Positions 9,849 through 18,665 of a DNA stretch of 32,000 nucleotides are shown here, one piece after another. Origin of the DNA: Candidatus Heimdallarchaeota archaeon B3_Heim (GTDB lineage: Archaea > Asgardarchaeota > Heimdallarchaeia > Hodarchaeales > Hodarchaeaceae); contig NJBF01000013.1 in the NCBI GenBank assembly GCA_003144275.1, forward strand, positions 55,994 through 87,993. Reading direction: 5' to 3'. A program made the position numbers and the translations under genes. The notes beneath the pieces were generated by a model. That model was not told the origin of the DNA. It was given only the letters and a program-made list of their open reading frames with translations, and did not search any database. Numbering within the stretch: the first letter of the stretch is position 1; every line of letters starts with the position of its first letter.

Positions 9849-11048
9849 TTGGGTGTACTCATAGGCATAGTAGGCAAACCTTCTTCAGGAAAAACCACGT
9901 TTCTTAATGCATTGTGTAACACATCAGCCAAAACTGCTGATTATCCATTTACTACAATTCAGCCTAATCAAGGGGTAGGATTTGTTACCACTCCATGTGT
10001 GTGTCAAGAATATGACATTACATGTGAACCTCGAAACTCAGAATGTGTTGACAATGTTAGGAAGATACCAATTAAAATTATCGATGTTGCAGGTCTTGTT
10101 CCAGGGGCGTATGAAGGAAAAGGAATGGGAAATCAATTTTTATCCGATCTTGCTCAGGCAGATATTTTAATTCATGTGCTAGATGTGTCTGGCTCTTTGA
10201 ATGAGGAAGGAGAGCAAGTTAAAACTGGAAGTTATGATCCAGAGCAAGATATCGCTTTTCTTGAGAATGAAATTGCCCATTGGATGAATGGTATTCTGAA
10301 GAAAGACTGGACGAAAGCAGTTCGAAAAGCAAAGACTGAGAGTACAAATATTATCGATTTTATTGCAAATAAACTAACTGGAATTAAGATTAGTAAGCCA
10401 ATCATTCAAAAGTCAATCTCAAACTTGAAATTAGATGCGTCTAAGGTAGATGAATGGAGTGACGAGCAAATATTAAATTTATGCAAAGAAGTCAGGCTAT
10501 TGGGGAAGCCTATAATCATTGCGGCAAATAAAATTGATCGCCCCACCTCTACAATGAACTTCAACAAATTAAAAGAAAAATATGGAGAGATGATCATCCC
10601 AACATCAGCACTTACAGACAATGTTCTGAGAAAGTTTAGTGAACAAAATAAAATTGAGTATATATCTGCGAGTGGGTCCCTTTCAATAATAGGTGAGGTT
10701 TCTTCCAAAGAGGAAGAGATAATCAAAAAAATAAAAACTGAAATCCTTGAAAAATATGAGACTACAGGCGTTTTTCAGACTTTAAACCAGGCCGTATTCA
10801 ACATTTTGGAACTAATTCCAGTTTATCCAGTTGCAGATGCCTCAAAACTAAGTGATCAAGATGGAAAGGTATTACCTGATACTTATTTGGTCAACAAGGG
10901 AACTACTGTGAAAGAACTTGCTGGAATAATTCATCAGGATCTTTATAAAAACTTTATTTACGGTATTGATGTAAGGACCAACCGTAAACTTTCTGATAAA
11001 CACGAACTAAGCTCAGGGGATATAATTAAGATTGTTGCTGCAGTATAG
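9849..11048 (+). CDS. ychF: Obg-family YchF/YyaF-like GTPase with TGS domain (archaeal type)
   Basis: GKPSSGKTT, ADYPFTTIQPN, DVAGLVPGA..G.G.GNQFL, NKID (G4), C-terminal TGS (A..IH.D). TTG start with GGAG upstream. Confidence 0.9.
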   Translation: MGVLIGIVGKPSSGKTTFLNALCNTSAKTADYPFTTIQPNQGVGFVTTPCVCQEYDITCEPRNSECVDNVRKIPIKIIDVAGLVPGAYEGKGMGNQFLSDLAQADILIHVLDVSGSLNEEGEQVKTGSYDPEQDIAFLENEIAHWMNGILKKDWTKAVRKAKTESTNIIDFIANKLTGIKISKPIIQKSISNLKLDASKVDEWSDEQILNLCKEVRLLGKPIIIAANKIDRPTSTMNFNKLKEKYGEMIIPTSALTDNVLRKFSEQNKIEYISASGSLSIIGEVSSKEEEIIKKIKTEILEKYETTGVFQTLNQAVFNILELIPVYPVADASKLSDQDGKVLPDTYLVNKGTTVKELAGIIHQDLYKNFIYGIDVRTNRKLSDKHELSSGDIIKIVAAV

Positions 11049-11061
11049 AGACTAATATCAG

Positions 11062-11574
11062 CTATTTGTTATCAGGAGTAGAATAACGTTTTTTAATTAC
11101 CTGACGATTTCTGATCTTGCTTGCTTTTCGAAAATAGTGACCGTTTGTTCTTATAGGCCCGAAAGCTCTTACTCCTTCCTTTTCAAGTTGTTCTAATAGC
11201 TCATCTGCTTCTTGCCCAGTAAGACGACCTTGCTTTAATGAAAAATCGATTATTTCTTTTGCTTCTTTCTCGGTTCGAGCACGGCATAAGTAATCTGATA
11301 CAGAGGGCATAAAATCTCTAAAAGGATCAATTAAATTCTCATGACTTTCTCCTTGTTTAGATGGACTGAACTTACCTTCCACTACATCAATATTGATATT
11401 CATCGATTTTTCTGTAATTTCAGCATGTAAATGTGGGAATTTTTCCTCCATATCATCAGTACTAACTTTCTGTGATACACTTAATATTTCTGGAGCAAGG
11501 AGCTCTTTTACATCCTCTTCAGCATTTATTTTTACGCTTTTCCTCCGCATGTCCGATTCTTCAGCATCTTTCAT
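11062..11574 (-). CDS. DUF2095-like archaeal protein
   Basis: PSVSDYLCRARTEKEAKEIIDF..G..T..EA..L...L...GVRAFG resembles the DUF2095 consensus. Confidence 0.65.
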   Translation of the reverse strand: MKDAEESDMRRKSVKINAEEDVKELLAPEILSVSQKVSTDDMEEKFPHLHAEITEKSMNINIDVVEGKFSPSKQGESHENLIDPFRDFMPSVSDYLCRARTEKEAKEIIDFSLKQGRLTGQEADELLEQLEKEGVRAFGPIRTNGHYFRKASKIRNRQVIKKRYSTPDNK

Positions 11575-11591
11575 ATAAAAGCTTCCAACTA

Positions 11592-12560
11592 TTAACTCTG
11601 TTTGAGGTCACGAGCATTCACACAAAATTCAGGAGCTTCTCCATTTAACACTAGTCGAACCTGTTCTGCAGTTATCCTTCCAGCGCGTTCTTGGGCCTCC
11701 TTAGTGGATGCAGCTACATGAGGAGAGACATAGAGATTGTCTAATTCAAATAATTTGTGTGTTTTGGCTGGTTCGACAGTAAAGACATCTAATGCTGCTC
11801 CAGCGATTTTTCCTTCTTTCAGGGCAACATATAGGGCCTCTTCATCCACAATACCCCCTCGAGCACAATTAACGAGATAAGCAGTAGGCTTCATGAGCTC
11901 AAACTCACGATCACTAACCATTCCACGAGTTTCATCATTGAGTAATGCATGGATTGTAATAAAATCAGATTTTTCAAATAATTCACCAAGATCGGTGATT
12001 TTATCTGCTCCGAATTTTAAGAAAAGTTCTGGAGGAAGATAAGGATCATAGATTAACGGTTTCATTCCAAAAGCGATCGCTCGTACGGCGACTTCAGAGC
12101 CAATCCTACCACAGCCTACAAAACCTAATTTTTTATTAAATAATTCCAACCCCATAAATTCTTTTTTAGGCCATTCACCTTTTTTGGTTTTAATGCTAGC
12201 TTGAACCACTTTACGCCCGAGCGCCAAAATAAGGGCAATTGTCATTTCTGCAACAGAGATTGTAGAAGCACGAGGGGAATTGACAACAAATATTCCTTTT
12301 TTTGTTGCTGTCGCTACATCAATATTGTCCACTCCAACACCTGCTCTTCCAATGACTTTCAATTGAGTACCCGCTTCAAAGACTTCACGGGAAATTTTAG
12401 TGGCACTTCGGACAATTACTGCATCATATTTGCCAATTTCCGATAGTAATTCTGCAGGAGAATAGTGTTGTTCTACAACATCAAATTCTTTTTTTAATTC
12501 CGCTACTGCAGAAGGTGCAATTGAATCTGCGATTAGGATCTTCATCATTACTGGTCTCAT
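11592..12560 (-). CDS. serA: D-3-phosphoglycerate dehydrogenase, short type lacking ACT/ASB domains (D-2-hydroxyacid dehydrogenase family), copy 1
   Basis: VRSATK, GRAGVGVDNID, GCGRIG Rossmann motif, NCARGG (Arg), DVFTVEP (Glu), SPHVAAST.EAQ (His). Confidence 0.85.
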   Translation of the reverse strand: MRPVMMKILIADSIAPSAVAELKKEFDVVEQHYSPAELLSEIGKYDAVIVRSATKISREVFEAGTQLKVIGRAGVGVDNIDVATATKKGIFVVNSPRASTISVAEMTIALILALGRKVVQASIKTKKGEWPKKEFMGLELFNKKLGFVGCGRIGSEVAVRAIAFGMKPLIYDPYLPPELFLKFGADKITDLGELFEKSDFITIHALLNDETRGMVSDREFELMKPTAYLVNCARGGIVDEEALYVALKEGKIAGAALDVFTVEPAKTHKLFELDNLYVSPHVAASTKEAQERAGRITAEQVRLVLNGEAPEFCVNARDLKQS

Positions 12561-12780
12561 CTCATTATCTGAAGATTTTTACATCTAGATAAATTTCGAT
12601 AATTCTCATATTATTATAGGAGATAATAAACAAATAAATAACAAATTATATGTCTATTGGGGACAAATTAAAAGATTAGTATTAAGGTTACTATTTAAGA
12701 AGAATCTCACGTCTAGATAAATCGGTTAATAGAAAAGGAAATAAGAAAAGGTTTCCTAAAATGATACTATTCTTGTCTCA

Positions 12781-13752
12781 TCATCCAATAAAGAAAGATT
12801 TTTCTACAATAAAGTCCGGATTAAGCCCCAATAAGGCTTTCCTCACTTGATCGATAATTATTTTTCCAACTCTTTCCTGTGCTTCTGATGTTGAGGCTCC
12901 GATATGGGGAGAAGCATAGAGATTGTCGAGTTCAAGCAACTTGTCATTTGTAGCTGGTTCTTTTGAATAAACATCCAAGGCTGCACCAGCGATTTTTCCT
13001 TCTTTTAGAGCGTCATACAACGCATCCTCATCAATGATACCGCCTCGTGCGCAGTTGATAAGATAAGCTGTTGGTTTCATTAGTTCAAGTTCTCGCTTGC
13101 TAATTAGACCATGAGTTTCTGGTTTCAGATTTGTATGGATAGTTATAAAATCGGAAACACGAAGAAGGTGATCCAGCTCATCAATCCTTTCTACTTCCAT
13201 ACCTTCAGTTGCTTTAGGAGGCAAATTCGGGGAATAAACTAAACATTTCATTCCGAAAACATTTGCTCTGGAGGTCACTTCAACTCCTACTTTTCCACAC
13301 CCAATGCAACCAAGAGTTTTACCATAAAGCTCGGAACGCATTAGTTTTTTCTTCAGTTTTCTTTTCGATTTGGTAGTATTTGCCACATCAACCAACTGAT
13401 TGCAAAGTGCCAACATGAAAGCCATTGTTAGTTCCGCTACAGATACGGAGGATGATCCTGGGGCATTAACAACAAGAATGTCCCTTTCTAATGCGGCTTT
13501 CACATCGATATTATCTACTCCAATACCTGCTCTTCCTATGACCTCCAATTTTCTCCCCTTTTCAATGACTTCACGAGGAACTTTTGTTGCGCTTCGAATT
13601 ATTAAAGCGTTGAATTCACTGATCTCTTCAAGTAATTCCTCAGGTGAGTAGTGCACTTCAACAACTTCAAATTCTTTCCGCAATTCTGCTACCGCAGAGG
13701 GAGCTAATGGGTCTGTTATTAATATTCTCTTTGTAAATTGGGTTGATTGCAC
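12781..13752 (-). CDS. serA: D-3-phosphoglycerate dehydrogenase-like paralogue, copy 2
   Basis: Same motifs: IRSATK, GRAGIGVDNID, GCGKVG, NCARGG, DVYSKEP, SPHIGAST.EAQ. GTG start. Confidence 0.8.
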   Translation of the reverse strand: MQSTQFTKRILITDPLAPSAVAELRKEFEVVEVHYSPEELLEEISEFNALIIRSATKVPREVIEKGRKLEVIGRAGIGVDNIDVKAALERDILVVNAPGSSSVSVAELTMAFMLALCNQLVDVANTTKSKRKLKKKLMRSELYGKTLGCIGCGKVGVEVTSRANVFGMKCLVYSPNLPPKATEGMEVERIDELDHLLRVSDFITIHTNLKPETHGLISKRELELMKPTAYLINCARGGIIDEDALYDALKEGKIAGAALDVYSKEPATNDKLLELDNLYASPHIGASTSEAQERVGKIIIDQVRKALLGLNPDFIVEKSFFIG

Positions 13753-14077
13753 GATTTCATCTTACTCCAATCTTAAATTTCAAAACGGTCTAATTTTTAA
13801 GCCCAAGATGACAAATATCTAAATATTTTAGCTTAATTGATTGTTAGATAAACCTCTATAAAACCGAGGAGGATATTTCGGAATCTCGAATCATTTTTTA
13901 CCAAGTCTAATTGAATATAATATTAACAAAGAATAACACAAATCCACATTTAGGACATAAGTAAGAGCAAGAATTTAAAACTTGCTTCAATAGAGCCCCC
14001 ATTAAGTATCTCCATTCTGGAATGTTGCGTGGATAAGAAGATTCGTACAAACGCAGAACCTAACGGAGGTAAATTAT

Positions 14078-14641
14078 ATGAGTTCATACAAGTATGTATC
14101 TAAATTCTGGAAAGAACGAACCGTTGAGTTCAAAAAGCTTAGGATTTCTAGGCTAGTTAAATGGCGGCGAGAGCCCAGTATCGTTCGCTTAGATCATTCT
14201 ACAAGAATTGATCGTGCCCGTGCTCTTGGATATCGCCGTAAAAAAGGATTTATTTTAGCCCGTGTCCGTGTCCCAAGAGGAGGACGCAGAAAATCTCGGC
14301 CTGTTCAAGGACGTCGATCTAAACGTATGGGTGTTAATCGAATTACCCCAAAAAAGTCACGTCAATGGATTGCGGAAGAAAGATGTGCAAGAAAATTCCC
14401 CAATCTTGAAGTTTTGAATAGTTATCCTGTATTATCAGATGGTCTTCATCGCTGGTTTGAAGTCATTTTAATTGATCCTAAAGCCCCTGAAATTCAATCA
14501 GACCATAAAATAAACTGGATCTGTAATCAGGGACATAAAGGTCGTGTCTTCAGAGGTAAAACATCTGCAGGGCAGAGAAGCCGTGGACTACATCGAAAGG
14601 GTAAAGGAAGCGAGCACACTCGTCCATCCTATGATAGATGA
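14078..14641 (+). CDS. rpl15e: 50S ribosomal protein L15e
   Basis: WRREPSIVR....TRIDRARALGY..KKG...ARVRV..GGR, AEERCARKFPNLEVLNSY, WFEVILIDP, GRVFRGKTSAG. GGAGGT SD at 14065-14070. Confidence 0.97.
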   Translation: MSSYKYVSKFWKERTVEFKKLRISRLVKWRREPSIVRLDHSTRIDRARALGYRRKKGFILARVRVPRGGRRKSRPVQGRRSKRMGVNRITPKKSRQWIAEERCARKFPNLEVLNSYPVLSDGLHRWFEVILIDPKAPEIQSDHKINWICNQGHKGRVFRGKTSAGQRSRGLHRKGKGSEHTRPSYDR

Positions 14642-14866
14642 TCCTTCATAACGCCTCTATGGAACTAGAAAACGTTCAATCCAAAATCGCTTTTCTTTTT
14701 TTTATTTTAAGAGATGGGATAAATGAAAGATATTAGCCCTGGTTCATTGAAACGTGAAACATCGCTCCAAATAATGAATAAGATCTTTATTCAGTTCATC
14801 CAAAATCTTCTCATTCAGAGTAACCTTTAATAAGAACGTATCTCGAAAGAGAATAAACTCGAATGC

Positions 14867-15622
14867 ATGAAAATATATAGGAATTTGATTTGCGTGCCTC
14901 GTAAATTTGTTGATTATATTACTCCTGATACTAATTCCAATTTACATGCTATTCTTGAAGTTAGTAATCTTCTAGGGTTCTCTCAAATCTGGTTGGGCAG
15001 AGAGTGGAACACCAAACCAGTCGATTTAAACACACTTTCAAGTACTCATTCATTAGATCTCATTAATAGATTAGATATTGACTCCAGTAAGATACCAAAG
15101 GAAAAAATCGTTCAGATTCTCCGAAGAGAAAGAAGAAATTTTCCTATTATATCAGTGAAATGTTTTGATGCCGAAATCGCTGGTTGGGCTGCACAAGACA
15201 ATAGGATAGACATTTTATCATTTCCACCACATCAGATTGGAAAATTATTCACACGATCGATTGCAAAATTAATGATTAAGTTTGTAAAGTACCTTGAAAT
15301 TTCTCTAAGTGAGCTCTATCTATCCCCTGAACGTGTTCAAATTCCTACTTTTCGACATATTCAACAGGCTTTAGAAATTGCCCAGTTGAAATCAGTTCCA
15401 GTAATAATAAATTCTGGTGCTTCTATTCAAAGCAGTCTACGACCCCCTTGGGAATTAGCTTCGCTATCACAAATTCTCTTATCTACAAAAGAGACCCCCT
15501 TAGAATCAATCAGCACTATCCCAACTCAGCTACTCTCTCGTAATCAAGTAAAAATAAGTAACGACTACATAGCTCCTGGAATTTTTAAAGAACCAGAAAT
15601 CTATACTCAGGAGGAAGAATAG
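14867..15622 (+). CDS. rnp3: Ribonuclease P protein component 3 (Rpp30)
   Basis: PHP-like TIM-barrel pattern (AAQDNRIDIL, LEISL, VIINSGA....LRPPWELASL) and conserved position between rpl15e and rnp2. Confidence 0.8.
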   Translation: MKIYRNLICVPRKFVDYITPDTNSNLHAILEVSNLLGFSQIWLGREWNTKPVDLNTLSSTHSLDLINRLDIDSSKIPKEKIVQILRRERRNFPIISVKCFDAEIAGWAAQDNRIDILSFPPHQIGKLFTRSIAKLMIKFVKYLEISLSELYLSPERVQIPTFRHIQQALEIAQLKSVPVIINSGASIQSSLRPPWELASLSQILLSTKETPLESISTIPTQLLSRNQVKISNDYIAPGIFKEPEIYTQEEE

Positions 15623-15623
15623 A

Positions 15624-15992
15624 ATGAAAAAAGAGCGTGTACGTTATTTAACGGTTCGATTCATAGGTCAAAAAGATATTTCCGAGAAAGATGCATGGTT
15701 TATACTGGCTACTGAAATCAAAAGGCTTTTTGGAGTTACTGGAGCCGCAAAAGTAGGGCTATATCTATCGTATTTTGACCCTCAAAATCAAGGAGGAGTT
15801 TTTCGTATGTCACATCAATCTGTTCATTTGATACGAGCGAGCATTTGTTTTGTTCATTCTCATCACTCTCAACCGCTCTATGTTTACTCGGAATATTTAA
15901 CAGGTTCATTAAAAAAGGCTAAAGAATATTTATACAATAAAAACTACCACGATCGATATTATGTTCTTAAAAAGAATCTTGTAGGAAGTTAA
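15624..15992 (+). CDS. rnp2: Ribonuclease P protein component 2 (Pop5/Rpp14)
   Basis: ERVRYL..R, LFG..GAA, GGVFR.SH...IRASI, LTGSLKKAK. Confidence 0.85.
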   Translation: MKKERVRYLTVRFIGQKDISEKDAWFILATEIKRLFGVTGAAKVGLYLSYFDPQNQGGVFRMSHQSVHLIRASICFVHSHHSQPLYVYSEYLTGSLKKAKEYLYNKNYHDRYYVLKKNLVGS

Positions 15993-15997
15993 ATCTA

Positions 15998-16059
15998 GTC
16001 TCAATGATGAGAACTTACCATACGGTATTTGATGACGACACCGTCCCAGTCTGAGAGAC
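15998..16059 (+). ncRNA. Box C/D methylation-guide sRNA, predicted to target the 23S rRNA P-loop (Gm2251) and the helix 71 loop
   Basis: Terminal stem GTCTC (15998-16002)/GAGAC (16055-16059); C box ATGATGA (16004-16010); C' box TTGATGA (16029-16035); D box CTGA (16051-16054). D guide ACCGTCCCAGT (16040-16050) pairs with conserved ACUGGGGCGGU with one G-U, and the D+5 rule points to G2251 (E. coli numbering). D' guide GAACTTACC (16011-16019) is complementary to GGUAAGUUC (E. coli 1949-1957). The D' box is degenerate, possibly CGGT. Confidence 0.85.
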
Positions 16060-16140
16060 CAGAATTGATAGGATTCTTACATTCTAATCCTCTAATCCAG
16101 TTTCGAGCCCTATTACTGTCATTCAACTGGAGAACGGCAA

Positions 16141-17025
16141 TTAGTTGCTTTGTGTGCGTGTTTTTCTTTGAGCACTGAAGCGTTCAAAGTCCTGCACTAT
16201 TAAGTTGGCAATTACTATGAGATGATTGTGTAGTGTCGTATGTCCATGATTCATGGATTCATTCAATAGCTTCAATTCCTTACTTTCATATATATATCTA
16301 TAGAGATTCCAGATATTTGTGTTAGTCACCTCCTGTATGTTCTTGGCTAATTTGATGAAGTTTATTTTTTGTAATGTCCGTTTGGCTTGCCAATTATATC
16401 GACTGATTACGGGAGAGCGAATCTTACGGGTGATACTTGCGGCTAATCGATCATAATATTGAAATTTTCTAATCAATGGGTCATTAGTTTTTTCGTGATG
16501 TTGTTGTAATCGTTTCACTAATGATTGATCTGTTAGTGGGGGTTCTTGATAGATTTTTGATTGATGTTTAGAGGTATGAAAAAAATCATGCAGCAGAGCG
16601 TATTTCAGTAGTTCCTGTTGTTCTATTGAGAGTTTTAATGGTAAACCTTTTCTGATCCTTAATTTTGGGGTTTTTATTTTCACTCGTGAATCTGTTGGTT
16701 TATTTTGGAATGAAATTCTTGTCCATTGAATCTCTCCTAGCCCCTCACCCTGTAATTTTCCTAGATGTGTGAGCTGAAGGAGAGTAATTAATTTGTGTTT
16801 TAGATTTTGCAGCGATTCATGGCGATATTCTAATGTCAGTTTTCCTAAATAACAGATGAATGAATACGGATACATTGGTTTGGCTGTTTGGATTTTTGTG
16901 TAATACCGTCGCCGTGGATTCTGGATCATAGCTTTACATCCGTGAATTTTAAAATGTGTTTTCTTTGTTATTATCGGTGTAATTAGTCGTCCTTCGAGAA
17001 GAAAACCGTTATTTCCAGAATTCAT
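16141..17025 (-). CDS. Cas5-like RAMP fused to a Cas10-type (circularly permuted) HD nuclease
   Basis: N-terminal ~100 aa: strand ITPI and G-rich loop LTHLGKLQGEGLGEIQW. C-terminal: ALLHDFF (H146-D147), QQHHE, YDRLAAS and displaced His motif TTLHNHL (H268). Confidence 0.7.
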   Translation of the reverse strand: MNSGNNGFLLEGRLITPIITKKTHFKIHGCKAMIQNPRRRYYTKIQTAKPMYPYSFICYLGKLTLEYRHESLQNLKHKLITLLQLTHLGKLQGEGLGEIQWTRISFQNKPTDSRVKIKTPKLRIRKGLPLKLSIEQQELLKYALLHDFFHTSKHQSKIYQEPPLTDQSLVKRLQQHHEKTNDPLIRKFQYYDRLAASITRKIRSPVISRYNWQAKRTLQKINFIKLAKNIQEVTNTNIWNLYRYIYESKELKLLNESMNHGHTTLHNHLIVIANLIVQDFERFSAQRKTRTQSN

Positions 17026-17037
17026 CCTTTAATACAC

Positions 17038-17937
17038 CTATTTTGGAGACTCTTGTGATTTTTTTACATATTTTGTCCATTCTGCTATAGAATTCAGAAA
17101 TTCTTGTGATAATGGGGTTTCTGATATTTGCTCTTCTATTTTAAATTCCTGATTATCGCCTAATATCGGTTTGCGGGTCATGATTCTATCAACCAATGTC
17201 AGTGATTGAACTTCGAGTTGGGCATAACCCGCATTGTATCCTCGTCCTAATTTCTGCATATACATTGCTGATTCAATTAGTAATCCAAGTTCCGCAAGTG
17301 AACATTTAGAAACATCAATTTCAAACTCGAATTCTCCTGCAAAGTACCGTTCTCCAAAGTCTTGAATTGCTCCTCCATCATATGATAATGCTACTCGTTT
17401 TTCTGTCGCAATATGGACATTCTGTAACTTATACTTACTTTGAAAGGTTTTTTGACTAATATTAGCTATGGGGTTTGCAGATACTCGTATTTTACTTGTA
17501 TGTCTCTTAGAACCGAACACTGCATGAACAATACACTCGTTCGATTCAGTACAACTTCCTATCAAATGAAAACCATTTGGAAGTAATGATTTACCCTTTC
17601 GATCAGTTTCCTTATCAGATGTATGACATACTTCTAGTCCTCGTTCTTTACAATGATACATTACTTGATGACGTAATGCTCCTCTTAACCCTTTAATGAA
17701 ATACGCAGTTGCTGAGCTTTCCTTATATTCCTTTCCATATTTATATTTATAGGGAAATGTCCATAATTTTAAAAAGTGTGCTTGATTAGATCCTGGAATA
17801 GCACCATTCAAAGGTTTGCAGATTGATGTAAACACTTTAACTTTCAAAATCTTGCTATCAATAGCGATTTGGACATCATCAAGAATCCCAAGCAAAGATT
17901 CAGATTTAAGACTTGATCTAGAAACGCTTTTTGCCAT
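17038..17937 (-). CDS. cas7: Cas7-family RAMP (Csm3/Csf2-like backbone subunit)
   Basis: IKGLRGALRH, Cys cluster ending ECIVHAVFGS, KIRVS, YFAGEFEFEI, ELGLL and C-terminal G-rich loop LGRGYNAGYAQLEV. Confidence 0.8.
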   Translation of the reverse strand: MAKSVSRSSLKSESLLGILDDVQIAIDSKILKVKVFTSICKPLNGAIPGSNQAHFLKLWTFPYKYKYGKEYKESSATAYFIKGLRGALRHQVMYHCKERGLEVCHTSDKETDRKGKSLLPNGFHLIGSCTESNECIVHAVFGSKRHTSKIRVSANPIANISQKTFQSKYKLQNVHIATEKRVALSYDGGAIQDFGERYFAGEFEFEIDVSKCSLAELGLLIESAMYMQKLGRGYNAGYAQLEVQSLTLVDRIMTRKPILGDNQEFKIEEQISETPLSQEFLNSIAEWTKYVKKSQESPK

Positions 17938-18665
17938 TATTTACATGCCTCCTCTTTCTTAGGCTTGTTTGCTGACGAATGCTTTTTCGACTGGACACGA
18001 TAGCAACGCTTTTGGAAAGCTTTCTGTTGAATCGTGGGAGCCAGGTACTTATGATTAGTTTTCAAGTCTTGAGGGACAATGAATAATCGTGTCCTATGAG
18101 GCATAAGGTAAGTAAGCCATTCCTCTGCAGGCATCAATAACCGCTCGTTTGTTGATACTAAGAGGTCTATAAATTGAGCACGGCAAAGATCGATGATCTC
18201 ATAGTGGAGTAAATCAGCGACATAATCCCAAAGCCTAACGCCTTCTAATCCTAAGTGCTCTAAGTGCCTAATAAGAGAGGGAGAATCACAGCCAATATCT
18301 AGTAACACTCTCCGAGGTCTTGGATTTGCTTTCTTACCTTTATATATAGATGAATCAGGAATCTTGTTTTTAATTGTGGAAACTAGAATCCCCCCACGAA
18401 TACTTTTGATCGCTAGAACAGCATTAATGATTGAATGATCAACCCAAAATACAAAAGTATGACGTAAACTACGGGTGGGTTTCGAGAAAAGAAGGCCTTG
18501 ATTTTTCCACGAATGTATTTGCTGAAGAATAGATAGATTTTGAGTAACAATTGAAATCATTTCATTTAAAGAATAATAACCAAGAATCCAATCATTTAAC
18601 TGAAATTGGCATTCATAGAAAGAGGAATTGGGAGAATTAAGCATTTTTCCATCACCAAAGGTCAA
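17937..18665 (-). CDS. Two-domain protein with C-terminal PIN-like (DUF5615/Mut7-C-like) domain
   Basis: VLLDIGC..LIRHLEHLG and EII..C....DLLVSTNERL resemble the DUF5615/Mut7-C pattern, but some acidic residues are substituted. Stop overlaps the cas7 start (TAATG). True start may be ATG at 18644 (GGTGAT upstream). Confidence 0.45.
   Translation of the reverse strand: MTFGDGKMLNSPNSSFYECQFQLNDWILGYYSLNEMISIVTQNLSILQQIHSWKNQGLLFSKPTRSLRHTFVFWVDHSIINAVLAIKSIRGGILVSTIKNKIPDSSIYKGKKANPRPRRVLLDIGCDSPSLIRHLEHLGLEGVRLWDYVADLLHYEIIDLCRAQFIDLLVSTNERLLMPAEEWLTYLMPHRTRLFIVPQDLKTNHKYLAPTIQQKAFQKRCYRVQSKKHSSANKPKKEEACK

Noticed and set aside
13972-14077. Autoregulatory leader hairpin for rpl15e (TGCGT/ACGCA)
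   Set aside because: Only a 5-bp core stem with no comparative support, so too weak to call.
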